64,000 bases of DNA from Eledone cirrhosa (taxonomy: Eukaryota): the NCBI GenBank assembly GCA_964016885.1, contig OZ024743.1, positions 55,056,001-55,120,000 on the forward strand, given 5' to 3'. Of this stretch, positions 14,521 to 31,434 are shown piece after piece. Made by a program: the position numbers and the translations under genes. The notes below the pieces were generated by a model. It saw only the letters and a list, made by a program, of their open reading frames with translations, did not search any database and had not been told where the DNA came from. How positions within the stretch are numbered: position 1 is the first letter of the stretch; each line of letters starts with the position of its first letter.

Positions 14521-15129
14521 GCGTATAATGATATTACTTGATCCGTGTATCAATTAATCTTAGCTCTTTAAAGATTTTGCTGAAACGTCTTATAATTATA
14601 AGATTCCTGCTAGTGAATTCTTCAAGTTATAACAGACTTTTGTTTCGTTGTATTGATTTCGTGCCTGGAGGCAGAGACGGCATTTATATTAGTTACAATT
14701 AATTTATTCGGTAACACTGCCAAGGAATTGAACATATAAACAGAGTACACTATAATTAAACATGAGGAATCAGAAGATTGAGGTCAAACGAAAATCTTGT
14801 TTTGGTTCTGGTGTTTTATTCGCCAGAGGACATTAATTAGCACGATAAATAAACTCATTTTACAATGTCAGATTGAGCAGGCTGTGAATAAATATCTCTA
14901 GATTATGACACCTAATAAAAAAAAAAAGAAGCCGATTGTCAGTTTAGACCAGGGAAACTGTGTTTCCATTGGTATTTATTTCTAACGGTCACAACCGCAG
15001 GCTAAAGGAGCAGCGGGAAATTAATTATATTTTCAGAAGAACAAACGTGCCATCCATCCAGGAATCGGACCCATGACATTATAAAACAAATAATATAGAA
15101 TGTTCTTCAAAATAATATATATATATATA

Positions 15130-15381
15130 TATATATATAAACTCAAGAACCACCCAACCGATTGTTTTCAAACTTTACACATGTAATAGTTATGGTCCTG
15201 TGAGTGTTTTGAGCAAAAAAATATTTCAAATTTTCAATGTCTTAGGGACTGCATATTCGTTTTAGCGATCTCTCTGTATAATTCTTAGTCTTTCTTTTTA
15301 GATAGATACATAGATATAATGTTGCGCCCTTAAAAATATCTGTCTGTATGTGTGGCTATCTGCATTACGACATTATGACGC

Positions 15382-15434
<53 letters not shown>

Positions 15435-15723
15435 TGTGTGTAACGTTTTTCGAAATATTTACTTCTGCGTTGACAGATTGAATTTTTTAGTTTCAGAAGA
15501 TCCCGTTAAGGGTGAAAGCAGCGATTCTTTGCTTAAACTTTAATCTGTTATTTTAATATATATATATATATAAATTATATATTCGTGTACAGATATTTTT
15601 GCATACACAATAACAAAATATAAACAAACGTATTTATTTCACGAGGCTCGATAAGGATAAATATATATCAAATATATAAGAACCCTAGAGCAAATCCCGA
15701 GCAACGCCGGGCTATTCTGCTAG
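15130..15723 (+). mobile_element. Non-autonomous Helitron-like element
   Basis: 3' hairpin cccgagcaacgccggg followed about 10 nt later by CTAG|T. The 5' part contains aaccgattgttttcaaactttacac. Confidence 0.6.
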
Positions 15724-15739
15724 TATATAATAAAATAAG

Positions 15740-15968
15740 AGGGAGTGTCTTATGCGAAGGGGCGTCCAATAGGCCAGCAAATACGGTATATTGTTATTAA
15801 AAATGTACCGTTAAGAAATATACATATTGCCACAGAAAAGCCATAAAAATTCACGGAAAATATTTACAATTCCGCGAATATGCAGTGGTTTCCACGACCA
15901 ATTATTTGTTAAGTTCTAAGGAAAACTCCGCGAATAAACAGAACCACGAATGCCGAGGGTACACTGTA
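15740..15968. mobile_element. Partial Tigger-like element
   Basis: Shares tcttatgcgaagggg..caaatacggtatattgttattaa with 53898-53950 and ends in cgagggtacactgTA. Confidence 0.55.
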
Positions 15969-16131
15969 TATATATATATATATGTATATATAACGGAATT
16001 CCGACTAAATACAATGTTGTGCTTCTTTTCTCCGGTAAAGCTGAAACAAAAACGAAAGATATCCTTGGCACACACAGTTTCTAACGTAGATTAGAAGCAG
16101 GTTTTCTATGTACATCAACACATACGCACGC

Positions 16132-16195
<64 letters not shown>

Positions 16196-16786
16196 CGGGT
16201 AAAATTCCCGAGATCCATGGACGAGTTCTCTCCAGCGGTCTCTGTCCCTCATTATCGCTGCCATTTCCTGCATCTCCAACAGACCAGTGTCTGTCCTTAG
16301 GACATCAACATACGTTAACCTTGGTCTTCCTCTTCCAGTGTGTCCATGTAGGGCCTCCCACAGGAGCACTGAGTGCAATGCAACTCTGGATGTCGGTGAG
16401 CATGTCCAGCTGACCTTAATCTCCTCGGTGTCACTTCTGAGCTGACTTTTGGGAGGCTCCCATACAGCTCTGAGTTTTTCATCCTCAATGTAGGCGGGAA
16501 GCCGCTAGAATTGGTTGAGGACTTCCTGTATTTGGGAGCAAAGATTGGGAATACGGAAGATGATGTGGTTGAGAGGAAGAGCAATGCCTGGGCGGCGTGC
16601 CGCAGCTTGAGATCGGTGTGGAAGTTGGACCTTCGTAAAGACCTGAAAATCCGCCTCTTCATTGCTGTAGTGGCGTCTGTGCTGCTGTACGGGTCTGAGA
16701 CTTGGACACTGACCAAGAAACTCACTCAGATGGTGGATGGGTGCTACACGAGAATGCTGAGGATGGCTCTGAACATTAATCAGTAT
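16196..16786. mobile_element. 5'-inverted (twin-primed) RTE-clade LINE fragment in (TA)n
   Basis: The plus piece 16490-16786 encodes [32 protein letters not shown]. The minus piece 16490-16196 encodes [38 protein letters not shown]. Confidence 0.88.
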
Positions 16787-16813
16787 ATATATATATATAT
16801 ACACACATATATG

Positions 16814-16935
<122 letters not shown>

Positions 16936-17333
16936 TATGTAAATGCATAAGATTGTATACGTGTGTGTGTGTATAAATGTATATATATTTATATATACAT
17001 ACATTCCTACATTTACATACACACACAGATATATATACACGCCTGTGTGCGTATATATGTGTATATATACATACACCCCAGGTCTTGTATGTGTGAGCAT
17101 GACTGTTTATATTAGAAATGATGGGCTATCGTTTACACAATGCATAAATCAATTGTATCCTCTAAATTTCAGAGTTGGAAAATAAAGAAAATACATATAA
17201 TAAAGAGAAAAATATTTAAAATGAAAAAGTCTGGTTCTTAGCCAGTGCGCGTAAAAATACGAGAAGGAAGCTATGGGCTCGTCGTATATAGTAACGCATA
17301 AATCAAAATCTAGAAAACTAAATACAACGTTGA

Positions 17334-17392
<59 letters not shown>

Positions 17393-18094
17393 GTATGTAT
17401 ATATACACATGTATATATGTATATATGCACATGTATATATGTATATATGCACATGTATGTATGTATATATACGCATGTATGTATATATACACATGTGTGT
17501 ATGTATATATATATATATACACACACACACAAATATATATATGTATATATATATAATACATATATAATAGCTTCACCTGGTGAGAGTCGTAATTGTCTGG
17601 GCTGTAAAAACATCAGTTTCAGCAATTATGTCGAATATTTTCATGTTTATTCATACCACTCGACAGAAAACACATAAAACTTGAGATGTTAGCTTTTTCA
17701 ACAAGTCAGTTTCAGTATTCGTTAACGGGACGTTAGGTGGGGAGTTCCAGTTTGAAGCCAGGAGTCATTTTTTATTGTTATTGTTTTTGTTATTTATATA
17801 ATCATCAACAGACGCCGCCATGTATATAAACTGATTATGGTGAAAGTTCATCTAGCAACAACAACAATAGCAACAACAGCACTAGAGCAAGGAAAGTGGA
17901 TACAAAACAGCCAACAAAAGTAAGAAAAAAAAAAAAAAAAAGTGATGCCGTAATTAGAAAACAATGAATAATGAGTGTATGTTAACAACCTGGCGGAGAA
18001 AAGTTAAACAAATAGTTATGTACATATTATCAAAGTGACTTGTGGTTATAAGAAAATCATTATTATAGCGACAGAGCGATACATCACCGATACC

Positions 18095-18390
18095 CAGAGC
18101 AGGCGCTAACATTCAGCCCAACTAGGCAGCTGCCTGGGATGCACATGCTAGAGAGGCGATTATTGAATCTTAAAAGGTCATTTTTTTACACAAATTTGTA
18201 TAATCGTATGAAATATATACTTTCCTGCGATCAATAATTCAATTTTTTTTTTTTTTAGATTGAGATACACTGTTCCAAGTCCTCAGTACCTTGATACTGA
18301 GGACTTGGAACAGAGTGTAAATATATCTGGCTGATGCTTCTATTAAGGCCAACTAGGCAATTGCCTAGTTGGCTTTAAGAACAGGGACGT
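18095..18390. mobile_element. Probable MITE with internal hairpins
   Basis: ccaactaggca motifs at both ends, a hairpin at 18267-18319 and a palindrome at 18345-18376. Confidence 0.45.
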
Positions 18391-18459
18391 GTGTTAGTGA
18401 AATTAAATGTTAGTAAACTTAAATGTTATACAATTTATAGATCTAAATAAAATAATTGA

Positions 18460-18680
18460 GAGATCACAGCTCCGATACTATGGCCATATAGTTAAAATGT
18501 CTCAGGAAAGAATCGATGGACAGATTTTACGGGCAAAACCAACCGACAGGGGACCCAGGTGTAGACTCTGAGTTGGCTAGTCCCATTTGGTGATCCAGCC
18601 GGATCATTTGGAGACGGTTGCTTCTGACAGACAACTCGCTGGAGGGAGTGTTTGAGGTCTCTGCCGCGCCCAGACCTTCT
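18460..18680 (+). mobile_element. RTE-like LINE 3' end
   Basis: Decayed QLR.YGHIVKMSQERI..QILRAKPT translation; same family as 21373-21640. Confidence 0.7.
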
Positions 18681-19094
18681 CAAGTATAAAAAAAGAAAAA
18701 GAATAAAATGAATAAATAATTTCCTGCGATCAAAGGATATATAGTTAAACATCTTTACCGCGCAGCAGATTTGTAGATATATCGAAAGTGGTGAAGAGGG
18801 GCATATAGTTTTATCACCTGTCACATGATGTGGCATGAGTGAGTGTGGATAGTGTAATGGGAGATTCAGGCATAGTAATTAGTGTGATCATTGTATGAAA
18901 TGTCAAAAAGTGACTTCGACAGCTTGACAAACCGTAAGATGTGCTTAGGGAGAAGAGGGCGCAAAGTGTAGGGCTAGCCTAGAGAGCTAACTAACTAGGC
19001 ACTATTTCTGGCAAATAGTTATATACATATTAATGTGACATAACAGAGATCAACAATATAAGAATATTCTAATACTGTTTTTCAGGGTACAAAA

Positions 19095-19316
19095 TGGTTC
19101 CTAATTAAGACACGGGGCGAGCAATTTTGGAGAAGGGGAATATCCATTATATCGCCACGCCCCCATGCTGATTTTCAGTCTCACTTTATTTATCGATACA
19201 AAAGATGAAAACGCAAAGTTGACCTCAGCTGGATATGAACTCAGAATATAAAGGAAGTGCCGGAACAAATACTTTAAGGCATTTTTTCCAGACTCACAAC
19301 TGATTCTGTCAATCCA
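19095..19316 (-). mobile_element. Family A SINE
   Basis: Same consensus in reverse orientation. Confidence 0.75.
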
Positions 19317-19338
19317 TCGAAATAATGAATATCTACAT

Positions 19339-19656
19339 CAGGAGTGTGCAACATATTCCATTGGCGGGCCTCTTTTGAAAATTGGAACAACTATTAAGGC
19401 CAGTCACCGTCAAAAATATGGAATCTAATGAAAACCACAACTTCTTTCCATAACATGGAACTGGGAAATTATAAGACACATAACCCTGTCAGTGAAACCC
19501 TTTAGTGCAGGTCAACTAACAGAAAATTCTATTACGGTTAAGGAAAAAATTCTAAATAAGCCTACATTGTAAAAATTAAAAACTGTCATCGCGGGCCACT
19601 TTGACAGCTCTGGCGGGCCGGATTGTGGCCCGCGGGCCCCCTGTTGCACGCCCTTG
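19339..19656. mobile_element. hAT-family MITE with 8-bp TSD
   Basis: TIRs CAGGAGTGTGCAAC / GTTGCACGCCCTTG, GCGGGCC subterminal motifs, and TSD ATCTACAT at 19331-19338 and 19657-19664. Confidence 0.9.
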
Positions 19657-20051
19657 ATCTACATGATAGACACGAGTTCAGAAATAACTGGGGATGAGTT
19701 AGTTGATTAAATCAACACAGGTATTTGACTTATACTATAGTTTATTCATTCTGAAATCCACACTCACACACACATATATACACATAAATACACACAGGCG
19801 TGATGATTTTATTGTGTAATTATCAAATAAAGGAAAAGTGAATATAACAGTTTTTGTGATTAACTATCGTGAAAGTTTTCGGTCTTCTCATGTTCCACTT
19901 ACTCGGAGTTGATTTCGAAATAACACGACGGCACATGTGCCATAAATGTCGCTTCTCTCCTTGCTTAACTGCTGCAAATATGCATGAAGCCATACTATTT
20001 AAAGAATTGCAAACCTGTACAAGACTGTTTATACGCGCAACACACACACGC

Positions 20052-20136
<85 letters not shown>

Positions 20137-20143
20137 CTTCCAC

Positions 20144-20235
<92 letters not shown>

Positions 20236-20243
20236 ACTTCCAC

Positions 20244-20307
<64 letters not shown>

Positions 20308-20360
20308 ATATATATATATATATGTACATATATATATGCTTCCACCCATATATATATATA

Positions 20361-20445
<85 letters not shown>

Positions 20446-21124
20446 GCTTGCACCCACACACATATAGGCTTAAATTCATATACACTTCTATGTTTACATA
20501 CATATGTACGCGACACACTTTTGTAAGACAATCCGTTTGAATTCAAGTAGATATGAAACGTTTTCGGTAAAGATATATACAATATGTATTATTTTTATGC
20601 TTGTATTGTGTTTCACAATATCTAATTGCTTCGGTAAATTGTTAGTTAGCAATGGGAATATGTATCTATCTTATTTTGCCTTCAGTATATATGTGTATCT
20701 GAGTTTCACTCATTGTGTCTTTGTGTTTACCTTTACCTTAGGTATGCTTGGAGTACACTCACTCTAACACTCTGCTTAATTACTTCTATCTATCTATGTG
20801 TATGTAAAACGCTAATACACGCACATACACAGACACACATATATATATATAAATATGTATATATATATATCATCATCATCATCATCACCGTTTACCGTCC
20901 TTCCCAAGCTAGCATGGTTTAGACGAGTTGTCCTGTTATGAGATAGGCCAGGTCAGGTGACCATGACTTGCTCCTACAGAACCAATTTTGACTTAGTTTC
21001 TACAGCTGGATGGCCTACCTAACGCCAACTCCATTTGCTGGGTGCATTTTATCGTGACACAGAGGACCACTTGACAGTATGAGTGGGTTGTTTTTTGTCG
21101 TCACACCTACACGACCACTTTACA

Positions 21125-21197
<73 letters not shown>

Positions 21198-21372
21198 ATA
21201 TGTTTGAAGTTTTTTAACTTTCCCAATATCGTCACAGATATTATTCCTTTATATACGTATGTGTGGGCGAATGGTTATGATGTTCCCTTCGCAATTATAA
21301 AGTTCCAGTTTCGATTCTACTGCAGGAAAACTTGGGTGATATTCAACATAGCCTCGGGCCAAATAGCGAATT

Positions 21373-21640
21373 GAGAGAAAATAGCTCCGATAGTATGGGC
21401 ATGGGGTTAGAATATCTCAAGAAAGAATCGCTACACAGATTTTACGGGCAAAACTAACCAGCAAAGACACAGGGGTAGACTCCTAGCAAGATGGTTAGAT
21501 AACCATCCATGGGGTTAGCTGGTTACGCTTGGGGATCCAGCCGAATCAGTTGGCAACGATTGCTTCTGACAGGACCCGCTAGAAGGAGTGCTTGGGGACT
21601 CTGCCCCACACGACTCTCTCAAGAAGAAGAAGAAGAAGAA
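21373..21640 (+). mobile_element. RTE-like LINE 3' end with (GAA)n tail
   Basis: Decayed LR.YGH..RISQERIATQILRAK..RWLDN..LGIQPNQLATIASDRTR translation, ending in GAA repeats. Confidence 0.72.
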
Positions 21641-21769
21641 AAAAGAGGTAGAAGAAGGAAGCCCGCTGAATGGACTGTACCTGTAATTGAAAGGATCGAC
21701 CTTGTCACTCTGAAACGTAGGTCAAGGGTATATATGTATGTGGAGTGTTAAGCCACTAATACATTAATT

Positions 21770-21883
21770 GTTTCTACTTTTAGGCACAAAGCCAGCAATT
21801 ACCCAGTGCATTTCTGGTACTTTATTTTATCGACCCCGTAAGGATAAAAAGCAAAGTCAACCTCGGCGGGATCTGAACTCAGC
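21770..21883 (-). mobile_element. Family A SINE, truncated, flanked by a duplicated ctaatacatta
   Basis: Consensus match; direct repeat actaatacatta at about 21755 and about 21886. Confidence 0.75.
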
Positions 21884-22207
21884 TACTAATACATTACTAT
21901 CATGAGATTACTTATTTTGTCACCGAAACTTACGTAGAATAAAAATGTTTTGAATCCCTACAAAATCTATGGTTTTCCTTTCAATACATATGTCTTGTGA
22001 TGGGGTTTATTTTACAATCCATCGGATTTCACCTCCTGGACCTTACTTTGGATTTATTTTACTTGCATGATTAATAATCGAAACAATAGATTGGGCTTCC
22101 CATCGTCTTGTTTAGTCAAAACTATGTAAATATATATATATATATATGTGTGTGTGTATGGGTATGTGTGTATATGTACTGTATATATAGTGTATATATA
22201 CCTCCAG

Positions 22208-22257
<50 letters not shown>

Positions 22258-22260
22258 GTA

Positions 22261-22318
<58 letters not shown>

Positions 22319-22380
22319 TACCAGCAATAGCTGGAGGTTTAACCCTGCGATTGACTAGCGTCCTGTCCAGGGCGGAGTCT

Positions 22381-22476
<96 letters not shown>

Positions 22477-22799
22477 AAAAACATGGGGAGAAGAATACTG
22501 CATGGTTGCACATGGATTACATATTATAAAATTAGTCCCTCATCAGTGATTTGCCAACGATCATTGGTATTTCATCGCATTAAAAATCATATACCTCAGG
22601 TTGGTGCGAGCAATAACTAAAATAAGCTATTGGGACAAGTGAATTGCGTAAAGCGAGTGAGACAAGTAAACAACATAGAAGGAAAAGCAAACCGAAAATG
22701 GGAAGAAAAACAAACAACATGGTTATCCGATCAGCATAAACTGGGTGAATTTCATGAGCGCTCAGCAAACAGACCTTTCGCTGTGAATGGGATGTGAGA

Positions 22800-26230
<3,431 letters not shown>

Positions 26231-26766
26231 ATTAGTAAAATTTGCTACGATCTTATACATAACCCTATTTATAATACATGTCATATACTTTCATTTCTAT
26301 GTCACATTCGTATATTTCCACCTCACCTACCCCAACCAACATCACCACTAATTCCACCCTTACCACTGTAATATGCGCACATATTTTTGTACATGTCCGG
26401 CCTGCCAGCCTGCCTGCTTTCTTTCCAGGCACGTCCGATAGCATTTTCTTGAAGCCTCTTGTCAGCTGAGTAAAAGACAATGCCACAATACAGCAATGCA
26501 ACGAGAGTAAGCGGAGAGTGGAAGAAATGAGTAGGTAACATTTTTTTTTAGCTTGATTGGGAAGAATGGAGAAATATTTTGCAAGTAGTTTGCTTCCTAT
26601 TTATTTTCGAACGAATAATAACCAAGCATTTGTTCCACGTGAGTGATCTGTCACAGTGACTGACCAATGAAATATTACGATTATTCTTCAAACTTAACTC
26701 ACTCAGAAGCTTTCAGGCACGGATTCCACATCATCTCATGAGTGTTTTCATTTCTATATTTTTTGT

Positions 26767-26798
<32 letters not shown>

Positions 26799-26953
26799 AT
26801 GTATTTTATTCATAGTTTTGTTACTGTTTGTGTTTTGTTTTGTTTTTGTCTTATTTTTGTGATGCATGTATCTTTCGTTCTCCACTTCCATTCACTATAT
26901 CTTTGTCTATACCTACTTGTCTTGGAACCTCTTTGATTACACACACACACACA

Positions 26954-27010
<57 letters not shown>

Positions 27011-27247
27011 ACACACACACACGCGAGCATACTATGTGTAATCAGAGGTTCTAAATGGATGTAGGGAACGAGAAAAATAGAAAAAAGTACGCATCTACAT
27101 ATGGCTCGAATATAAGAGAGATGTGTATATATGCATATAGATACATGTGTATATATGTATGTATGTATATATATATATATAAATATATATATATATATGT
27201 ATGAATGTATTTATATGTATGTATATATTTATATGTATGTATATATT

Positions 27248-27281
<34 letters not shown>

Positions 27282-27308
27282 TATATATATATTTATATAT
27301 TTATATAT

Positions 27309-27382
<74 letters not shown>

Positions 27383-27840
27383 ATAAAGGATAAAGATATA
27401 AAGATCCCATAACTCCTTGTGGAATAGTAGAGGCACCGTCAGCCGGTGTTACTTTAAAACTGTCGGAGCCCAACCCTCTCCAGGTCTGAACAGCCGACAT
27501 TCTCTATAAAAGAAAAATGACCCCAGGGTGCTTGTGGTTTTTTTATGGTTAAACTTACATATGTATTTATAACATTACATTCACCCTCTGTGAAAATAGA
27601 CTATGTTGTCAAATCGCAGATCACCTCTCCTCTCTCTCTCTCTATTTTTCTATCCATCTCTCTCTCTCTATTGAACAACAAGCACTATATTTTTTATCGG
27701 CCTAGATAAATACACACTCATTCTTTTACTGGTTTCAGTGTTTTATTGTGCCCATGCTGGTGCACCTCCATAAACTGACTTAATTAATTATACCTGACAT
27801 TTTTAATGAACTTTTCTTAACGAAACTTCAAATGAACGTG

Positions 27841-27915
<75 letters not shown>

Positions 27916-28122
27916 ACAACCCCCCCCCCCCCCCTCATACACACACGTAGGGCGAGCCGCTGCGGTTTTCACCCACCAATTTCATCTGAATACGAGCTAT
28001 TAAGCTCGAAACCATGTTGGGACGAAGCGAATTTCTTAAACATTAAACTAAGTCTGTGCCTGTATATTACATAAAACGTGTAAACCCTGTGGTCAAGCTT
28101 AAAACCTACCGATGGTAGAATA

Positions 28123-28312
<190 letters not shown>

Positions 28313-28389
28313 TACATATTCTACCATCGGTAGGTTTTAAGCTTGACCCCATATATTCCAACTCCCCCTGTATCTTCCACACTCCACAT

Positions 28390-28985
28390 CCCGCTTCTTC
28401 CAGATGAGTAGTTGCTGGAGAGAGTGTCCCTTCATATTACGTCACCGGTTCTAGTTGCGATGGAAAGCCAGAAGCGTCCAACCTCTCATTGAGGAGTGGC
28501 ATAGCGTGAAAGATGAGCGGCACTGAGAGAACATGAGGGTGAACGAAGGCTGAAAGCATAAACTGTAGACCCACTTACTTGTGTATCTGGTGATACCGAG
28601 TCTCAGAGAAACACCAACGCAAGAACAATCGCTATCTAGTTGAGTTCCAGTTGACCTCGAGGGTACAGCGCTCAGACATTGCTAATGGGTTGGAAGGCAG
28701 AACAGAAACATAACCGATAGTGCTGGTCAAGCAGGTGCACAAGGTTTTCCGAAGCTTTGTCGCACAGGATTGTGTCCCATTTGCGTTGAAAATACTTAAG
28801 GTCCAGGAAATGCGAACCAAGGTGGAAGTTGCTTATCTCCTCTGCATTACGCTGGATGCGGGCGTCAATATCTATTATAAGAAATGCATGATGGTAAGAG
28901 AGGGCCCTGCGAACGGTATACAAAAGCTTCGTCATGGCAAAGCAGTTGCTCGGCAGGAAGAGAGCCAAATGCGTGACGAATCAGG
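28390..28985 (-). pseudogene. Highly decayed non-LTR (RTE-like) fragment
   Basis: Higher-GC segment with remnants such as TKLR and RLDAF, and many stops. Confidence 0.4.
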
Positions 28986-29002
28986 TAATCATCAAGAAAG
29001 TG

Positions 29003-29054
<52 letters not shown>

Positions 29055-30104
29055 AGAGATGGAGAAAGAAAGAGAGAGTTTGTTATATATTGATTGAGGC
29101 AGAGAAAATATAGGTGGTGATATGGAAAGAAGGAAACGAGAAAAGAGAAAATGAGACAGAATCTAAGAAGAAAGAGAAGGAAAAAAACTGAAAACATAAA
29201 TGGACAGAAATCTGACTGAAGGAGATAAGGTAAAAAACTAGACAATAGTGGTAGCGATAAAGATGTGATGGCGGGAAGTCTCATAGTCTCGGCTAGAGTG
29301 TTCATCATTTGTAAAGATAGATAGATAAAAAGTAAAATAGATAAACAGAATGCTTAAAGTTAAAATATGTATCTAAATGAATAAAGAAATAAAAATGTAA
29401 AGAAATAATCAACTAAAAAAATACAATGAAGTTGACAGGAAGTTCTTCCGGTTTCGCTGGCAGCCATTGGTGCAGATCGGAGTGGGGGGAAAATGGACGT
29501 CTTCCTTGTGATTTGCCAGCAATCTCAGTTGTCAGATGCCTGATGGGAAAAGATGTGCTACAGTTGACCAGATCTAACTAGCTGACTAATACATCAATTT
29601 ATCGCTCGTCAGCTTCTTATCAGGTCATCATGTCACGTGTCACTGGTGAAATATAATGACACTACGACTACCTCAGTTCTGCGGCATGCGAACTTCTATG
29701 TTTTTATACCGGTCTCCGTACACGTACATACATATATGTATACAGACGTACAGTAGTATGTATATATATATACATACATGCACACATATATATATATATG
29801 TACGTATGGATTCACCGAACATTTATTATAATGCTCGGTGTGTTTGTAAACAAACATCCCGTATTAAGCCGTAGTGTCTAGCAACCATCGTAGCTCGTTT
29901 GTTCACTACGGCTTAATGCGGGATGTTTGTTTACAAACACACCGAGCATTATAATAAATGTTCGGTGAATCCATACGTATTTTTCCCGTTTATCGTTTTC
30001 GGTGCACTCAGCCGATTAACCCACTCGATATGCAAATTGGGCTACTCAGCCGTTAATATGCATAAGGTAAGTATATACGTTCAACAATCTGGCAGGAAGG
30101 TATA

Positions 30105-30145
30105 CGTTGCTGACGATAGCTAATAAGCTTGAAACTAGTACAGCG
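30105..30145 (+). ncRNA. Hammerhead ribozyme (family 4)
   Basis: cgttg CTGACGA t agct aata agct t GAAA CTAG TA cagcg. Palindromic ACUAGU stem III and a GUA cleavage triplet. Confidence 0.8.
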
Positions 30146-30349
30146 TTCCTTTGTCAGTGTTGAACAAACGAGCAACGATGGCTGCTAGACACTACGGCTT
30201 AATACGGGATGTTTGTATACAAACACACCGAGCATTATAATAAATGTTCGGTGAATCCATACGTACATATATATATGTGTGTGCATGTATGTATATATAT
30301 ATACATACTACTGTACGTCTGTATACATATATGTATGTACGTGTACATA

Positions 30350-30397
<48 letters not shown>

Positions 30398-30409
30398 TAA
30401 TGTGTGTGT

Positions 30410-30690
30410 AAGCGCATGGCTACTTGGTTAGGATGTTCAACGAATGATCGTATGGTCCTGTGTTCGATGTCCAATAATGCGTTGTAACCTTGAGCAAGAC
30501 TCTTTACTTCGTTGCTAGAACTGTCTCAACTTGAAAAAATTAGTTCTACCGATAATTCAAAGGGCCAACTTTATCACATAGCTGAATCTCCCTGAGATAT
30601 ACGTTAACGGCACACTTGTCTCTGGAATGCTCAGCCACCTGTACATTAATTTTACGTGTATACTGTTTAAAAATAAACAACAAAAAAGAA
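30410..30690 (+). mobile_element. tRNA-derived SINE (family B)
   Basis: A/B-box-like head gcgcatggct..tggttagg..gttcgat and body ttgagcaagac..ctgaatctccctgaga..tacgttaa. Related copies lie at 3447-3592(-), 9870-10135(-), 10480-10600(-), 11130-11412(-), 13700-13975(-) and 55510-55820(+). Confidence 0.7.
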
Positions 30691-30879
<189 letters not shown>

Positions 30880-30904
30880 TGTGCCTGTCTAGCTCTGTAT
30901 ATGT

Positions 30905-31236
30905 GTACTTTCAGATCTCGAATAGCCGCTTATTAATTTTTTCAGATTTTTTTCCAACTCCACCGCTTATTAAATTTTGCTTATCTCTTCCCAGCAAAAT
31001 TTTATTTTAAGTGGTAACATTCCTGCGAAGTTTAATTTTCTTTAGACATTAAAAAATTACAAAAAAAAATTACATTACTAGAAATCCTATACGTTATAAT
31101 ATAAATAGGATGGGTTGGGGTCTCAATATGTTAACTAAACAACTAATTCTGGTCTTTAAAATGATCAACGGAAGCAACCTAGAAAAATTACCGATCCCCC
31201 CGCTTAATCCACCTTGTTATTTGGGACCCGAGAGTA
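30905..31236 (-). mobile_element. MITE, same family as 10613-10952
   Basis: Shared segments (caacctagaaaaattaccgat, tataaataggatgggttg, gggacccgagagta). Confidence 0.65.
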
Positions 31237-31399
31237 TGTATATAACGTGTGTGTGTGTGTGTGTGCGTGTGTTAGTATTTCATGCTTAGCCGTGCCCTTA
31301 TATATATATATATCTTCATATTATTGTAGTTATTCTGTTATTATAATGAATTTCCAATCAGATACGTTGCCGGAGAATATTACAGGGTGTACATGGTAG

Positions 31400-31434
<35 letters not shown>

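Noticed and set aside
15491-15530. CAGAAGA-tccc/ggg-GAAA hammerhead-like motif (also near 63360-63385, minus)
   Set aside because: The core is CAGAAGA, and no stem III/NUH with a matching stem I could be formed.
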